Shown here: positions 21,011 to 31,055 of the stretch, piece after piece
Layout: each line of letters begins with the position of its first letter
Position numbering within the stretch: the stretch's first letter is position 1
Assembly (NCBI GenBank): GCA_963677595.1
Contig: OY782041.1
Coordinates: 2,240,001-2,304,000 of the forward strand
Source: Spirochaetia bacterium
Lineage (GTDB): Bacteria; Spirochaetota; Spirochaetia; CAKZLE01
Direction of reading: 5' to 3'
Length of the DNA: 64,000 nt
Program-made: the position numbers and the translations under genes
Notes under the pieces: generated by a model
What the model was told of the DNA's origin: nothing
Seen by the model: only the letters and a program-made list of their open reading frames with translations
The model's database searches: none

Positions 21011-22061
21011 TTAGATGAAGAATTCCAGGTTCCCCTCATAGACCACGTCTAGTTTGGTCTTCAGCATCGGCTGGGCTTCACTGCCGGGATGGAGGAGTGA
21101 GTGGAACAGGTGCTTGACCCCCTGGTAGCCCTGGGAGACCATATCCTGGAATATGACGGCATCGATACTGTGGCTGAGCATGTTGTCCCTGATCGTGTCG
21201 CACAGGTCGAACCCGACGAGCCTGACAGAGTTGTCGTGCTTCTGCACGATAGTGCTCACAAAGTCGAGTTCATAGGTGAGATCGAAGATGCCGCCAAGTC
21301 TTGGGATTGGTGGCGAACAGCTCCTCGACAAACTGCTGCAGGGAATCCAGGGATGTATCCTGCAGCAAGAATGGGTCGAGCAGGGTCACGTCCGGGAACC
21401 GCTCCATCTTCTTCAACAGCCCCTGATAACGATCGGTAACGTCCTGGTGCTCTGGGCCCTCTCCCCCGAGCAGTACTGCGATCTCCCTGCCGGGAGGAAC
21501 CATCCGTGCCAGGACCTCAGCCGCGAGGACACCGCTCTGGTAGTAGTCGCACCCGATATATCCGCTGCGCGATGATTCAGGTACATCCTTGTTGATCGTG
21601 AAGACCTGCTTGCCCATGCCGACCAGAGTGTCGATGCATTCCTCCATGGGCCCGACCCGGTTGGGGTAGACCGCGAACGCATCGACCCCCTCCTCAGCAA
21701 GCCGGTAGAGCTCGCTGACCTGCTTCTCGGGTTCTGTGAGATCGGTCAGGGAACAGGTAACGCTCAGGCCGTAGTCTCCGAGTTCTTTTGCAGCCCAGCG
21801 GATCCCCCGCAGCAGGTTGTTCAGGGTGTAGGGGGTCCTGGGATTGCTGTAGCCGCTGAAGGCGATCACGTACTGGTTGTTCAGTGCCAGGTTCTTGGCA
21901 GCGAGATTGGGCTTGTAATCATAGACCTGAACCGCTTCGAGTATTCGTTCCCGTGTCGAGGTCCGTACCGTACCTTTGTTGTTCAGGGCCTTGTAGATGG
22001 TCGTCCGTGATATACCGATCTTCTCAGAGAGTTCTTTCAAGGTCACCCTGTCTTTCTTCAT
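21011..22061 (-). pseudogene. LacI-family transcriptional regulator, frameshifted near 21301
   Basis: HTH TLKELSEKIGISRTTIYKALN; ORF 22061-21270 runs ...FATNP, and the ligand-binding domain continues in another frame (RLGGIFD...VGFD...IDAVIFQD) to 21011; one extra base. Confidence 0.8.
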
Positions 22062-22112
22062 CCTTGCATTATACCCGTTCGATGGGGATTGGCAATATGA
22101 CGGCGGACGATC

Positions 22113-24866
22113 TCAAGCCCGGTCCTGCAGCACCTTTCTGATATCATCGGCGGTGACCGGCAGGCGTGAGAACTCTACCCCGGTGGCATGGCTGATCGCG
22201 TTCACGATCGCTGGGGCTACCCCCGAGGTCGTTGCCTCCCCGATGCTCTTCGCACCGAACGGGCCCGGTTCCTCCTTCTCATCGAGGAAGATGCTCTCCA
22301 CTACCGGCATGTCCGTTGACCGGAGGAACCCGTACTTCCTGAAGTTCCCGTTGCTCACGATCCCGGTCTTGGGATCGACCTCAAGCTGTTCGGTGAGGGC
22401 GAACCCCATCCCCATATGGAGACCGCCTTCCACCTGTCCCTCGATCATCACCGGGTTGATCGGGGTACCCGAATTGTGGACAGCGAGGAACTTCGTCACC
22501 CTGATCTCCCCACTCTCGCGTGAGATCTCCACTTCGGCGAAGTTCGCGAAGTAGGCACCCGGGTCGAAGGGGGAGGACACGCTCTCGATGACCGCGATAT
22601 CCCGGAAGGGGAAGGTCGTCTGGGCATGACGGACAAGGTCTGCCCGGCTGAGCTGCTTCCGGGGTTCCTGCGTATGGACGACAGCCCCGTCACGGTAGGT
22701 AAGATCCCTTGGGTCTGCAGACCAGATGCCTGCTGCTTCCTCAATGAGGAGGTGCTTTACATGAAGTGCCGCCTTCTCGACAGCTTGCCCGCAGACCCAG
22801 GTCTCTCGGCTCGCGTAGCTTCCGTTATCATAGTAGGTGACCTTGGTATCGGTCTCAGCCAGGCTGATGTGGTCTTCGGGGATATCGAGGGAGGAGGAGA
22901 GGATCTTCTTCATGATGATACTGCTTCCCTGCCCGTTCTCATGGGCGGAGATCGAGAGTACCGCCGAACCGTCAGGGAAGAGCTTCAGCCCTGCTGTGGA
23001 GTAATCGACACAGACCGGGTGTATCCCCGCGCCATGGACCCCGCAGGCAACACCGAGGCCTTTGAGGACCGTCACTCCCGGCCGGGCATTCTCCCTCTCG
23101 AACCGGGCCCTCCGTCTCTCCCAGTCTATATGTTCTGCCCCGGCCTGGAGGCACGCCCTCGGGTGGCAGGCTCCCAGGGACTGGCCGTTCAACGGGTTGG
23201 TATCACCCGGCTCCACGAGGTTCTTCAGCCGGAAGGTTACCGGGTCCCACTGGTTGTCCCGGCAGATCCGGTCGATGAGGACCTCTCTGGGGAATGATAT
23301 CTGGGGATTCCCGTAGCCGCGCATGGCTCCTGAGTTCTGGTTGTTCGTGTAGGCCAGCCGGACATGGTTCGCGATATACCCTGCACGGTAGAGCCGTGAG
23401 GATTTATCCATGAAGGCATAGCCGAGGTCATAGCCGCTGCCGAAGTAGGCACCGCGATCTAAGACCGCATCGTAGCTGTGGGACTGGAAGAACCCGTCAG
23501 CATCCACGGTAAAGCGAGCCTTCACCTCCGCCGGGGTCCTCGTCCTCGTCGAGCTGAATACCTCAGGTCTCGTCATGGTGAGCTTCACCGGCCGGCCCGT
23601 CCTGAGGGCAAGCAGGAAGGCCACTGGTTCTAAGACCATCTCTGACTTCCCGCCGAAGGCTCCTCCTACAGCGGGCTTGATGACCCTGACCTTGTTGAAG
23701 GGAAGGTCGAAGAGCTCGGAGAGCATCGCCTGGTAGCAGAAGACATTCTGGCAGCTGGTGTACACCGTCATCTCATCCTCGTCCGGGACGGCTGTCACGG
23801 CATGGGGTTCCATGGCGGCATGGGTCACCCTGCCGGTATGGAATACCCCTTCATAGACTTTCAGTGAACCGTCTGCCGAAGGATCGGCACTGTCGGTGAC
23901 GGATGAGAGTTCTGCCGGGGCATTGCCCTCCCCATGGATGGGATAGGCCCCGTCAGCGAGACTCTGCGCCGGTGTCTGCAGGAAGGGGAGTTCTTCCCAG
24001 GTCAGGGAGATGAGGGATACGGCTTTCCTGGCGGTCTTCTCATCGACAGCCGCCACGGCAGCGATCCTGTCGCCGCGGTAGCGGAAGTGCTTGTTGAAGA
24101 TTCGTTCATTCTTGGGGACATCCTGGTAGGGGACGGTGACATGGCTGTTGAAGAGCTTCTCCGGGCTGTCTTCGAAGGTCACGATATCGACGACACCTGG
24201 CAGCTTCAGCGCTTCGGAGATGTCTATTGCCGTGATGATCCCGTGGGGTGCCGGTGCATAGAGGATCTTCCCGTACAGGGTGCCCGGGAAACTCAGGTCA
24301 TCGGTGTACTTGAGCAGCCCGGTGACCTTCGAACGGCCCTGTGTGACGGGGGAGTAGCCGCTGACCCCGTCCTTACGCTCAGGTGGTGCCATCTGTGAGG
24401 AAGCGATCTTCACCGCATCGATGATCTTCGCGTACCCCGTGCAGCGGCACAGGTTGTCCTTGAACGCATACCGTATGGTCTCCTCGTCCGGGCAGGGATC
24501 GCGATGCAGCAGGTCCACTGCCGTCATGATCATGCCTGGGGTGCAGAACCCGCATTGGACGGCTCCTGCATCAAGGAATGCCTGCTGCACGGGATGAAGC
24601 GGGCCTCCCTTGACGGAGAGCGGGGTGAGCCCCTCGATCGTGATGATCTCGGCACCCTCGAGCCTGGAGAGGGGCAGGTTGCACGATGTCCGTACCAGCC
24701 CGTTGACCAGTACCTTGCAGGACCCGCAGGTACCTGCCCCGCAGCCGCATTTGGTCCCCGTAAGGCCGAGGTGCTCCCTGAGGTAACGCATCAGGGTCAG
24801 CCCCTGCTCGGGGACAGCTGAGTACGGTGTCCCGTTGATGGTCAATGACACGGCTCCATCCTGCAT
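22113..24866 (-). CDS. Xanthine dehydrogenase/aldehyde oxidoreductase family protein, fused [2Fe-2S] and molybdopterin-binding domains
   Basis: CGAGTCGSC, QCGFCTPG, NLCRCTGY; GGAFGGK, AMRGYG, GAKSIGE. Confidence 0.92.
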   Translation of the reverse strand: MQDGAVSLTINGTPYSAVPEQGLTLMRYLREHLGLTGTKCGCGAGTCGSCKVLVNGLVRTSCNLPLSRLEGAEIITIEGLTPLSVKGGPLHPVQQAFLDAGAVQCGFCTPGMIMTAVDLLHRDPCPDEETIRYAFKDNLCRCTGYAKIIDAVKIASSQMAPPERKDGVSGYSPVTQGRSKVTGLLKYTDDLSFPGTLYGKILYAPAPHGIITAIDISEALKLPGVVDIVTFEDSPEKLFNSHVTVPYQDVPKNERIFNKHFRYRGDRIAAVAAVDEKTARKAVSLISLTWEELPFLQTPAQSLADGAYPIHGEGNAPAELSSVTDSADPSADGSLKVYEGVFHTGRVTHAAMEPHAVTAVPDEDEMTVYTSCQNVFCYQAMLSELFDLPFNKVRVIKPAVGGAFGGKSEMVLEPVAFLLALRTGRPVKLTMTRPEVFSSTRTRTPAEVKARFTVDADGFFQSHSYDAVLDRGAYFGSGYDLGYAFMDKSSRLYRAGYIANHVRLAYTNNQNSGAMRGYGNPQISFPREVLIDRICRDNQWDPVTFRLKNLVEPGDTNPLNGQSLGACHPRACLQAGAEHIDWERRRARFERENARPGVTVLKGLGVACGVHGAGIHPVCVDYSTAGLKLFPDGSAVLSISAHENGQGSSIIMKKILSSSLDIPEDHISLAETDTKVTYYDNGSYASRETWVCGQAVEKAALHVKHLLIEEAAGIWSADPRDLTYRDGAVVHTQEPRKQLSRADLVRHAQTTFPFRDIAVIESVSSPFDPGAYFANFAEVEISRESGEIRVTKFLAVHNSGTPINPVMIEGQVEGGLHMGMGFALTEQLEVDPKTGIVSNGNFRKYGFLRSTDMPVVESIFLDEKEEPGPFGAKSIGEATTSGVAPAIVNAISHATGVEFSRLPVTADDIRKVLQDRA

Positions 24867-24901
24867 CGGCTATGTATCTCCTTCAGATATCTATAATCAA
24901 T

Positions 24902-24950
24902 ATACTTGTATGTACATGTCAGGGTAGCATGGGGTATTCCCACTTGTCAA
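24902..24950 (-). promoter_or_regulatory. Promoter/operator of the molybdoenzyme gene
   Basis: Minus strand TTGACA-N18-TACCCT (TG-extended), followed by box ATACTTGTATGTACA (24902-24916, + strand) matching the arcC box. Confidence 0.6.
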
Positions 24951-25077
24951 GCTTGAGCCGCACTCAAGCAGGTCCAAACAATTCAGGGACACATTACTTT
25001 CACTGCCCATTATCGAGCAAAGGATTTCTTTCTTTTTTTGAAGCTACAATGGGGAATTCTCAAATTCATATATTTTT

Positions 25078-25090
25078 TTGGTCGAACCAA
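25078..25090. promoter_or_regulatory. FadR/GntR-type operator
   Basis: TTGGTCGAACCAA. Confidence 0.6.
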
Positions 25091-25235
25091 TTAGATAGTT
25101 CTAATATTATTAGTAATTTTGAATTCGGCTGGTTTGATTGTTATAAATAGCAAAAGCTAAGAAAAAGTCTGTAAAATCTTCAAATTGCAATGTTTAGATG
25201 GGGTTATAAATTATCGAAGACGATTAATAAGGCAC

Positions 25236-25284
25236 TTGCATTATGAAGGATGATGGTATATAAATAGATAATTGGTCCAACCAA
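25236..25284 (+). promoter_or_regulatory. Promoter plus FadR-type operator of PRC-barrel/CDF operon
   Basis: TTGCAT-N17-TATAAA then TTGGTCCAACCAA (25272-25284). Confidence 0.7.
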
Positions 25285-25306
25285 AAATGCTGTAAGGAGA
25301 GATGTC

Positions 25307-25942
25307 ATGATAGTGATCCCTATTGAGGTGCATGTGAGATGTAACGATGGTATTTGCGGTAAATCTGTTCATCTCATTGTGAATCCTGTTTCACAGGAGG
25401 TAACGCACTTTGTTGTTGATATCAAGGAGATGAAACTGCATACCCAGCGTTTGGTTTCGGTACAATACATAGACAAGGTGGCTCATGACTCAATCCATCT
25501 GGACTGTGCAAGGGAAGATATAAAAAGGATGGATTCATTCGTTGCTGCCCGATTCATCTCACCTGCGATAGACCTCTTACCTACGGACAAGTATTGGCGG
25601 GATATGGACCCGTATATGCATCCATGGGTGGTTCCCAACCTTGAAGAACCAATGATCATCTCGGAAGAACATATTCCTGCAGGGGAGTGGAATATCTATC
25701 GGGGAATGGATGTAGAGGCTTCCGATGGGAGAATCGGCCAGGTGGATGAGTTGATGGTAGAAATTGGGAGTTGGCGCATAACCCATGTGATTCTTAGGCA
25801 TGGACATCTTTTAGGTAAAAGGGAACTGACTATATCCCTTATAGATATCGATCGGGTTGAGGCGGATGTAGTCTATCTGAACATAGATAAAGATACCGTG
25901 AAATCGCGATCTTCTATCCCTGTGAAACGACTGTTCTCATGA
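25307..25942 (+). CDS. Tandem PRC-barrel domain protein
   Basis: Two repeats V.C/ASDG..G.V..L.V.....VTH.V; RBS AAGGAG. Confidence 0.8.
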   Translation: MIVIPIEVHVRCNDGICGKSVHLIVNPVSQEVTHFVVDIKEMKLHTQRLVSVQYIDKVAHDSIHLDCAREDIKRMDSFVAARFISPAIDLLPTDKYWRDMDPYMHPWVVPNLEEPMIISEEHIPAGEWNIYRGMDVEASDGRIGQVDELMVEIGSWRITHVILRHGHLLGKRELTISLIDIDRVEADVVYLNIDKDTVKSRSSIPVKRLFS

Positions 25943-25968
25943 TCACATAAATCATATTGGGGGAAAGT

Positions 25969-27009
25969 ATGGAACAGAAGATATCTTTGTTAGGATTAGC
26001 TGCAAATGTTTTTCTAGGGGCAACAAAAATAGGTATTGGTCTTTTGTCACGATCGACCGCTATTCTTGCTGAAGGCATCCATTCGGGGATGGATGTCCTC
26101 TCATCGATTATTAACTATGTTGGAGTAAAGAACAGCAAAAAGCCTGCTGATAAAGAACACCCCTATGGTCACCATAAAGTCGAAGTGTTATCTGGTTTTT
26201 TGATAACCATAATCCTATTCCTGACTGGCCTCTGGATCATCTATGAAGCCATCTGCTCCTTTATTTCACCGGAAGTTGTTGAAGTGACATTTCTTTCTGT
26301 GGGAATCATGATCCTTTCAACAGTTATCAATGCTGTGATGTCCCATATAAAGATACGGTATGGGAAGAAGTACAGCAGCATCAGTCTAGTAACGGATGGC
26401 GTTCATAGTAAAGTCGATGTATTGACGTCGTTTGCTGTAATAGTAGGTTTGTTTTTCTCAAGATATTTCATATATACAGATTCTCTGATCGCGGTTTTTA
26501 TTGGTGTGTATATCATTAAAGAATCACTTAGCTTAGGGAAAGAAGCCACTGATTCTCTGCTTGACACATCAGCAGGAGAAGAGATCGAAGATGCAATCAG
26601 CACTGTTGTTAAAAAGAAGGGGATAACGATCACCGGGTTAAAGACTCAAAAAAGAGGACCGAGAATATCAGCAAACATCGTAATTGATCTGCCAAAGCAG
26701 CTTACAGTCGATAAGGGTGCAATGATCACAAGACAACTTGAAGCAGACTTGACTGGCTCGATAGAGAATCTTGATTATATTTCCATTCAGATCGAATCCC
26801 AGGGAATCAGCAGTAATTATTACAGACCAAATTTCGGGAAGCACATTCATTGGCAAAAAGGTAATGAAGGTCACGGTTATGGCGCAGAGGGGTATTGTAT
26901 TTGTCCTAATTGTGACTACAGGGTAAAGCATGAAAGAGGTAAGCCCTGTGCACATTTGATATGCCCAAATTGTCATATTGAATTGAAGAGAGAACCTAAA
27001 CATGCCTGA
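25969..27009 (+). CDS. Cation diffusion facilitator (FieF-like) with C-terminal double CxxC extension
   Basis: HSGMD, KPADKEHPYGH, HSKVD; tail CICPNC...PCAHLICPNC. Confidence 0.9.
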   Translation: MEQKISLLGLAANVFLGATKIGIGLLSRSTAILAEGIHSGMDVLSSIINYVGVKNSKKPADKEHPYGHHKVEVLSGFLITIILFLTGLWIIYEAICSFISPEVVEVTFLSVGIMILSTVINAVMSHIKIRYGKKYSSISLVTDGVHSKVDVLTSFAVIVGLFFSRYFIYTDSLIAVFIGVYIIKESLSLGKEATDSLLDTSAGEEIEDAISTVVKKKGITITGLKTQKRGPRISANIVIDLPKQLTVDKGAMITRQLEADLTGSIENLDYISIQIESQGISSNYYRPNFGKHIHWQKGNEGHGYGAEGYCICPNCDYRVKHERGKPCAHLICPNCHIELKREPKHA

Positions 27010-27082
27010 GGATTAGGTTTCTCTGAAGGGGCATGGAGTGTCTGGTAAAAATACGTAGAACAAACTTGTAATGGAGTAAAAG

Positions 27083-27934
27083 ATGGCAACGAAAGAACGG
27101 ATTGGCTATATTGAAGGGATTCTGTCTTCAATACTGAATGTAATATTATTTGGAATGAAACTCATCGTAGGGGTAAGTGTAGGGTCTGTATCAATGATTG
27201 CTGACGCCTGGCATACTCTTTCAGATACACTGACATCACTGATCGTGATTTTGGGATTCTGGTTTTCATCACAACCTGAAGACAAAGAACACCCCTTTGG
27301 GCATGGAAGGGCTGAACCCATTGCCGGAATAATCATCGGAGTCCTGATGGGCCTTGTAGGATTCAGATTCATCAGCGAGTCTGTGGTGAATCTTCGAGGG
27401 CATGCAGCAGCGGTATTTGATTCACGTTCAATTATAGTCTTTGCTGTTTCCGTATTACTGAAAGAGGCAATGGCACAGTTCGCTATCCGAGCAGGAAAGA
27501 AAGTGAACTCATCCTCCTTGATCGCTGATGGCTGGCACCATCGTAGTGATGCCATTGCCAGTGCTATCATTGTGGTTGGAGCATTCTTCTCGCATAAGAT
27601 CTGGTGGATTGATAGTGTGCTTGGGATAATTGTTTCGCTGTTCATTCTATTCTTCACTTATGAGGTTATACGTCATGCGGCGAACCAATTGCTGGGAGAG
27701 GCCGCGAGTGATTCAGAAATCAAGGAATTAAATTCTCTGTTATCAGAGACTGGTGCCACAAATATCCACCATGTGCACATACATCGTTATGGGGATCATG
27801 TAGAGATGACACTTCATGTTGAATTGCCGAAGGATACTTTGCTGGAGGATGCACATGCAACCGGTACAAAAATCGAAGCTTTGATTCGCAAGACACTCAA
27901 CTACGAACCCACTGTTCATATAGAGCCATATTGA
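27083..27934 (+). CDS. Cation diffusion facilitator family transporter
   Basis: ADAWHTLSD, HPFGHGRAE, WHHRSD, VHIEP. Confidence 0.92.
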   Translation: MATKERIGYIEGILSSILNVILFGMKLIVGVSVGSVSMIADAWHTLSDTLTSLIVILGFWFSSQPEDKEHPFGHGRAEPIAGIIIGVLMGLVGFRFISESVVNLRGHAAAVFDSRSIIVFAVSVLLKEAMAQFAIRAGKKVNSSSLIADGWHHRSDAIASAIIVVGAFFSHKIWWIDSVLGIIVSLFILFFTYEVIRHAANQLLGEAASDSEIKELNSLLSETGATNIHHVHIHRYGDHVEMTLHVELPKDTLLEDAHATGTKIEALIRKTLNYEPTVHIEPY

Positions 27935-28205
27935 AGCTGCTGGTAACAGAACAGATTTTCTTTCTAAAGTATCTGTCAGTTTCATGCGCTGCACAGCATA
28001 GAATGTATTAGTAAAATTCCTAGTTGTGTAAATTGGTCCTACTAGTTAGATTGGTCTAATTTATGAAATACTGATATATCCCTGTGGTTTTCAATATTAC
28101 CCTGTATTGGATGTGTGAGTTAAACCTCCAAAAAACCGGAAATTTGCACCAATAAGTGCAAATATGTAATTTTTTTCGAAATATAACTAATTCTTAATTT
28201 TCCAC

Positions 28206-28252
28206 TTGCTTTATGCAGAGAAATAGTATTAAATAATAACTGGTCGTACCAA
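28206..28252 (+). promoter_or_regulatory. Promoter and FadR-type operator of the dpp operon
   Basis: TTGCTT -35, AT-rich -10 region, then CTGGTCGTACCAA (28240-28252); weaker site TTGGTCCTACTAG at 28033. Confidence 0.65.
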
Positions 28253-28438
28253 TTAGTGTAAGTGTGTATTATGAATCGGAGTAAAGAAGAATTAGAAGAA
28301 AGTTATGGCTCATGGGTAAGCGCATAACAGATCGATAGCTGAGATAGGTTATGCACTTTTCTGTTTGAATCTGTATTTAGCAGTCGTAAAGAGGATAAAA
28401 CCGAGGCTGTCTAAAAAATATTATTTGAGGAGACGGGT

Positions 28439-29962
28439 ATGAGGAAACTTTTAGTAAGTTGTGTGGTTGCTCTTTTACTGCTGTCGGGTATTGTATATGC
28501 CGGTGGTAGTCAGGAAGCAGAGACTCCAGAAGTAAAGGACACATTGATCATTGCAGTTGGATATGACTCAAGTGACCAGAATCCGCATGGAAAGAATAGT
28601 ACAAGTCTTTCCCGTGTTAAGGCTCAGGTCTATGAGACTCTTTTCTTGCTCACCTATGAAAATGAACTGAAACCATGGTTGGCTACAGGTTACAAGTGGG
28701 AAAATGATGTTACTCTTGTGATCAACCTTCGTAAAGGGGTTAAGTTCCATAATGGCGAGGAGATGAAAGCCAGTGATGTGCTGTTCTCCCTCGAATGTGT
28801 TCAGGACTCTGCGAACAGCATGACAGTCGATAAGATTGACTTTGCAAAAAGTTCTGTCGTCGACGATTATACTGTCAAGTTAGTAACGAAAGAACCGTAT
28901 AGCCCCTTGCTGACCAACCTCTCTTATTTACCAACGGCAATTTTCAGTGAAAAAGGATATAAAGAAGTAGATGGGGATTTCTTTAAAGCTGATCTTGGTA
29001 CCGGACCATTTATCTGGGGAGAATGGGTGCCCGGGAGTTCACAGGAACTGTTTGCTTATGACGGCTATTGGGGACAGCATGCAGGTGTGAATAAAGTTGA
29101 ATTCCATGTAATCGCAGAAAGTGCTGTTCGGGTAATTGAGCTGGAAACCGGCGGTTGTGATATCGCTTATGACGTGTCGGCAAATGATATCGATCGTATT
29201 GAGGACTCTGAGGATATGGTCATGTCCCGGTGGTCGTCCAATGATACGATAATTTTAGGGTTCAACTGTAGTGAGCCGCCCTTCAATGATTATAGAGTTC
29301 GTAAAGCTGTCAGTATGGCTTTTGACAGAAAAGCAATTTGGCAGGTCTCTTACAACGGAACAGGTGCGTTACCTGTTGGTTTTATTGAAAAGTCGACTCG
29401 TGGTGCGGTAAGTGATATTCCCCTCTCAACTCTCGACATCGAGGGAGCAAAAGCACTGCTGGCAGAGGCAGGTTATCCTAACGGATTCAGTACTTCCATT
29501 GTTAACAATACTACTTCGGAACGAATGGCCATATCAGAATATCTGCAGAATGCACTGAAGAAAATCAATATCGACCTGCATATCGATGCGCTTGATGCTG
29601 CATCTACAAGTGATAAGATCAAAACCACAACTGACTTTGGGATGTATACTTGGAGTATCTGGCCTGCTACCGGAGATATCGATTATGCGTTAAGGAGCTT
29701 CTATGGTGATACACCTCCCAGTCTGAATATCGAACGCTACAGCAATCCTAAATTTGATGCACTGATTGATCAGGCAGCTGGTGAGTTGGATGATGCTAAG
29801 AGGTTTGCACTGCAGCGCCAGGCACAGGAAATCCTGTTTGAAGAATACCCGGTTATTCCACTGGTAGTGCGTGAACGACTGTATTCTCACACTCCGGATG
29901 TTGTAGGGTTTGCAGAAGGGTCTTCACAGACTCCTCTCCTTTATACAGTATCGTTTAAATAA
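28439..29962 (+). CDS. Peptide/nickel ABC transporter substrate-binding protein (family 5)
   Basis: Signal peptide; LRKGVKFHNG, GTGPF, AKALLAEAGYPNGF. Confidence 0.93.
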   Translation: MRKLLVSCVVALLLLSGIVYAGGSQEAETPEVKDTLIIAVGYDSSDQNPHGKNSTSLSRVKAQVYETLFLLTYENELKPWLATGYKWENDVTLVINLRKGVKFHNGEEMKASDVLFSLECVQDSANSMTVDKIDFAKSSVVDDYTVKLVTKEPYSPLLTNLSYLPTAIFSEKGYKEVDGDFFKADLGTGPFIWGEWVPGSSQELFAYDGYWGQHAGVNKVEFHVIAESAVRVIELETGGCDIAYDVSANDIDRIEDSEDMVMSRWSSNDTIILGFNCSEPPFNDYRVRKAVSMAFDRKAIWQVSYNGTGALPVGFIEKSTRGAVSDIPLSTLDIEGAKALLAEAGYPNGFSTSIVNNTTSERMAISEYLQNALKKINIDLHIDALDAASTSDKIKTTTDFGMYTWSIWPATGDIDYALRSFYGDTPPSLNIERYSNPKFDALIDQAAGELDDAKRFALQRQAQEILFEEYPVIPLVVRERLYSHTPDVVGFAEGSSQTPLLYTVSFK

Positions 29963-30003
29963 TGGGGTTATGATGGTAACTGGTTAGTTGCATAACTGAA
30001 TCA

Positions 30004-30048
30004 GGTATGGGAGGGGAGATGGACTGGTTCCAGCTTTTCTCCCATACC
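30004..30048 (+). terminator. Intergenic hairpin after SBP gene
   Basis: GGTATGGGAG...CTCCCATACC inverted repeat. Confidence 0.55.
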
Positions 30049-30097
30049 ATCACCGGGAACTTTCTAACTGACTAAACAGTTATGACAAGGAGTTATT

Positions 30098-31051
30098 ATG
30101 TTGCTGCGATATATTCTGAAAAGACTGTTGATGATCATTCCTGTCTTGATTGGCGTGACAATTATCATCTTCACTATCCTGTATTTTGCTCCGGGAGACC
30201 CAGTTAGTATGGCATTGGGTGTTGACGCTTCACCCCAGGCTATAGAAAAGTATCGCGTAGATATGGGGTTGAACGGAACATATTTTGAACGCTTGTTTCG
30301 ATATATCGGAGGGGTAGTCCACGGGGACCTTGGCCGTTCCTTTGTCTCGGGGAAACCGGTTCTCGAGGAGATCCTACTGCGGGTTCCCAATACGGTAACA
30401 TTGGCAGTATGGGGAATCATCATCGCATCAGTATTGGGGATAACACTCGGGATCATATCCGCTGTTAAGCAATATTCCTTCTGGGATACAGCTGTTACCG
30501 CGGGGGCACTGTTTGGTGTCTCAATGCCGATGTTCTGGCAAGGATTGATGATGATTCTTGTATTTGCAGTATTCCTTGGCTGGTTCCCTGCTTCAGGATT
30601 TAAGGGCCTAGAGTACAAGATCATGCCTATTACCGCTTTAGGGGTTCAGATCTCTGCTCATATCATGCGGAATACCAGGTCCAGTATGCTTGAAGTCTTA
30701 CGTCAGGATTATATTCGAACCGCACGGGCTAAAGGGCAGAAAGAGTCAAAAGTCATCTTCCACCATGCACTCAAGAATGCTCTGATTCCTGTAGTAACAG
30801 TTATCGGTATAGATTTCGGGAAAATGCTTGCAGGTTCGGTAATCATAGAGACCATTTTCTCAATACCTGGTATTGGGAAATATATGATCGATGCAATCAA
30901 TGCAAGAAATTATGCCTCAGTCCAGGGCACTGTCCTGGTCATAGCTTTTGCCGGATGCATTATAAACCTTGGTGTTGATGTCTTGTACACATTCATAGAT
31001 CCACGATTAAAGACTATGTTCGGGGCGAAAAAGCAGAGAAGGAAGGTGTAG
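30098..31051 (+). CDS. dppB: Peptide ABC transporter permease (DppB/OppB)
   Basis: RSSMLEVLRQDYIRTARAKG, IETIFSIPGIG, DPR. Confidence 0.9.
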   Translation: MLLRYILKRLLMIIPVLIGVTIIIFTILYFAPGDPVSMALGVDASPQAIEKYRVDMGLNGTYFERLFRYIGGVVHGDLGRSFVSGKPVLEEILLRVPNTVTLAVWGIIIASVLGITLGIISAVKQYSFWDTAVTAGALFGVSMPMFWQGLMMILVFAVFLGWFPASGFKGLEYKIMPITALGVQISAHIMRNTRSSMLEVLRQDYIRTARAKGQKESKVIFHHALKNALIPVVTVIGIDFGKMLAGSVIIETIFSIPGIGKYMIDAINARNYASVQGTVLVIAFAGCIINLGVDVLYTFIDPRLKTMFGAKKQRRKV

Positions 31052-31055
31052 GCAT

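Noticed and set aside
21270-21331. Programmed frameshift in the lacI gene
   Set aside because: No slippery heptamer or long homopolymer; mutation or sequencing error is more parsimonious
24845-25150. Small ORFs in AT-rich intergenic DNA (also 50212-50397, 20857-21039)
   Set aside because: No RBS or motif; they overlap promoters and operators
28260-28435. Riboswitch in the long dpp leader (also 44140-44300 and 4480-4770)
   Set aside because: Some pairing potential but no recognisable aptamer consensus; an Rfam/Infernal scan would be needed
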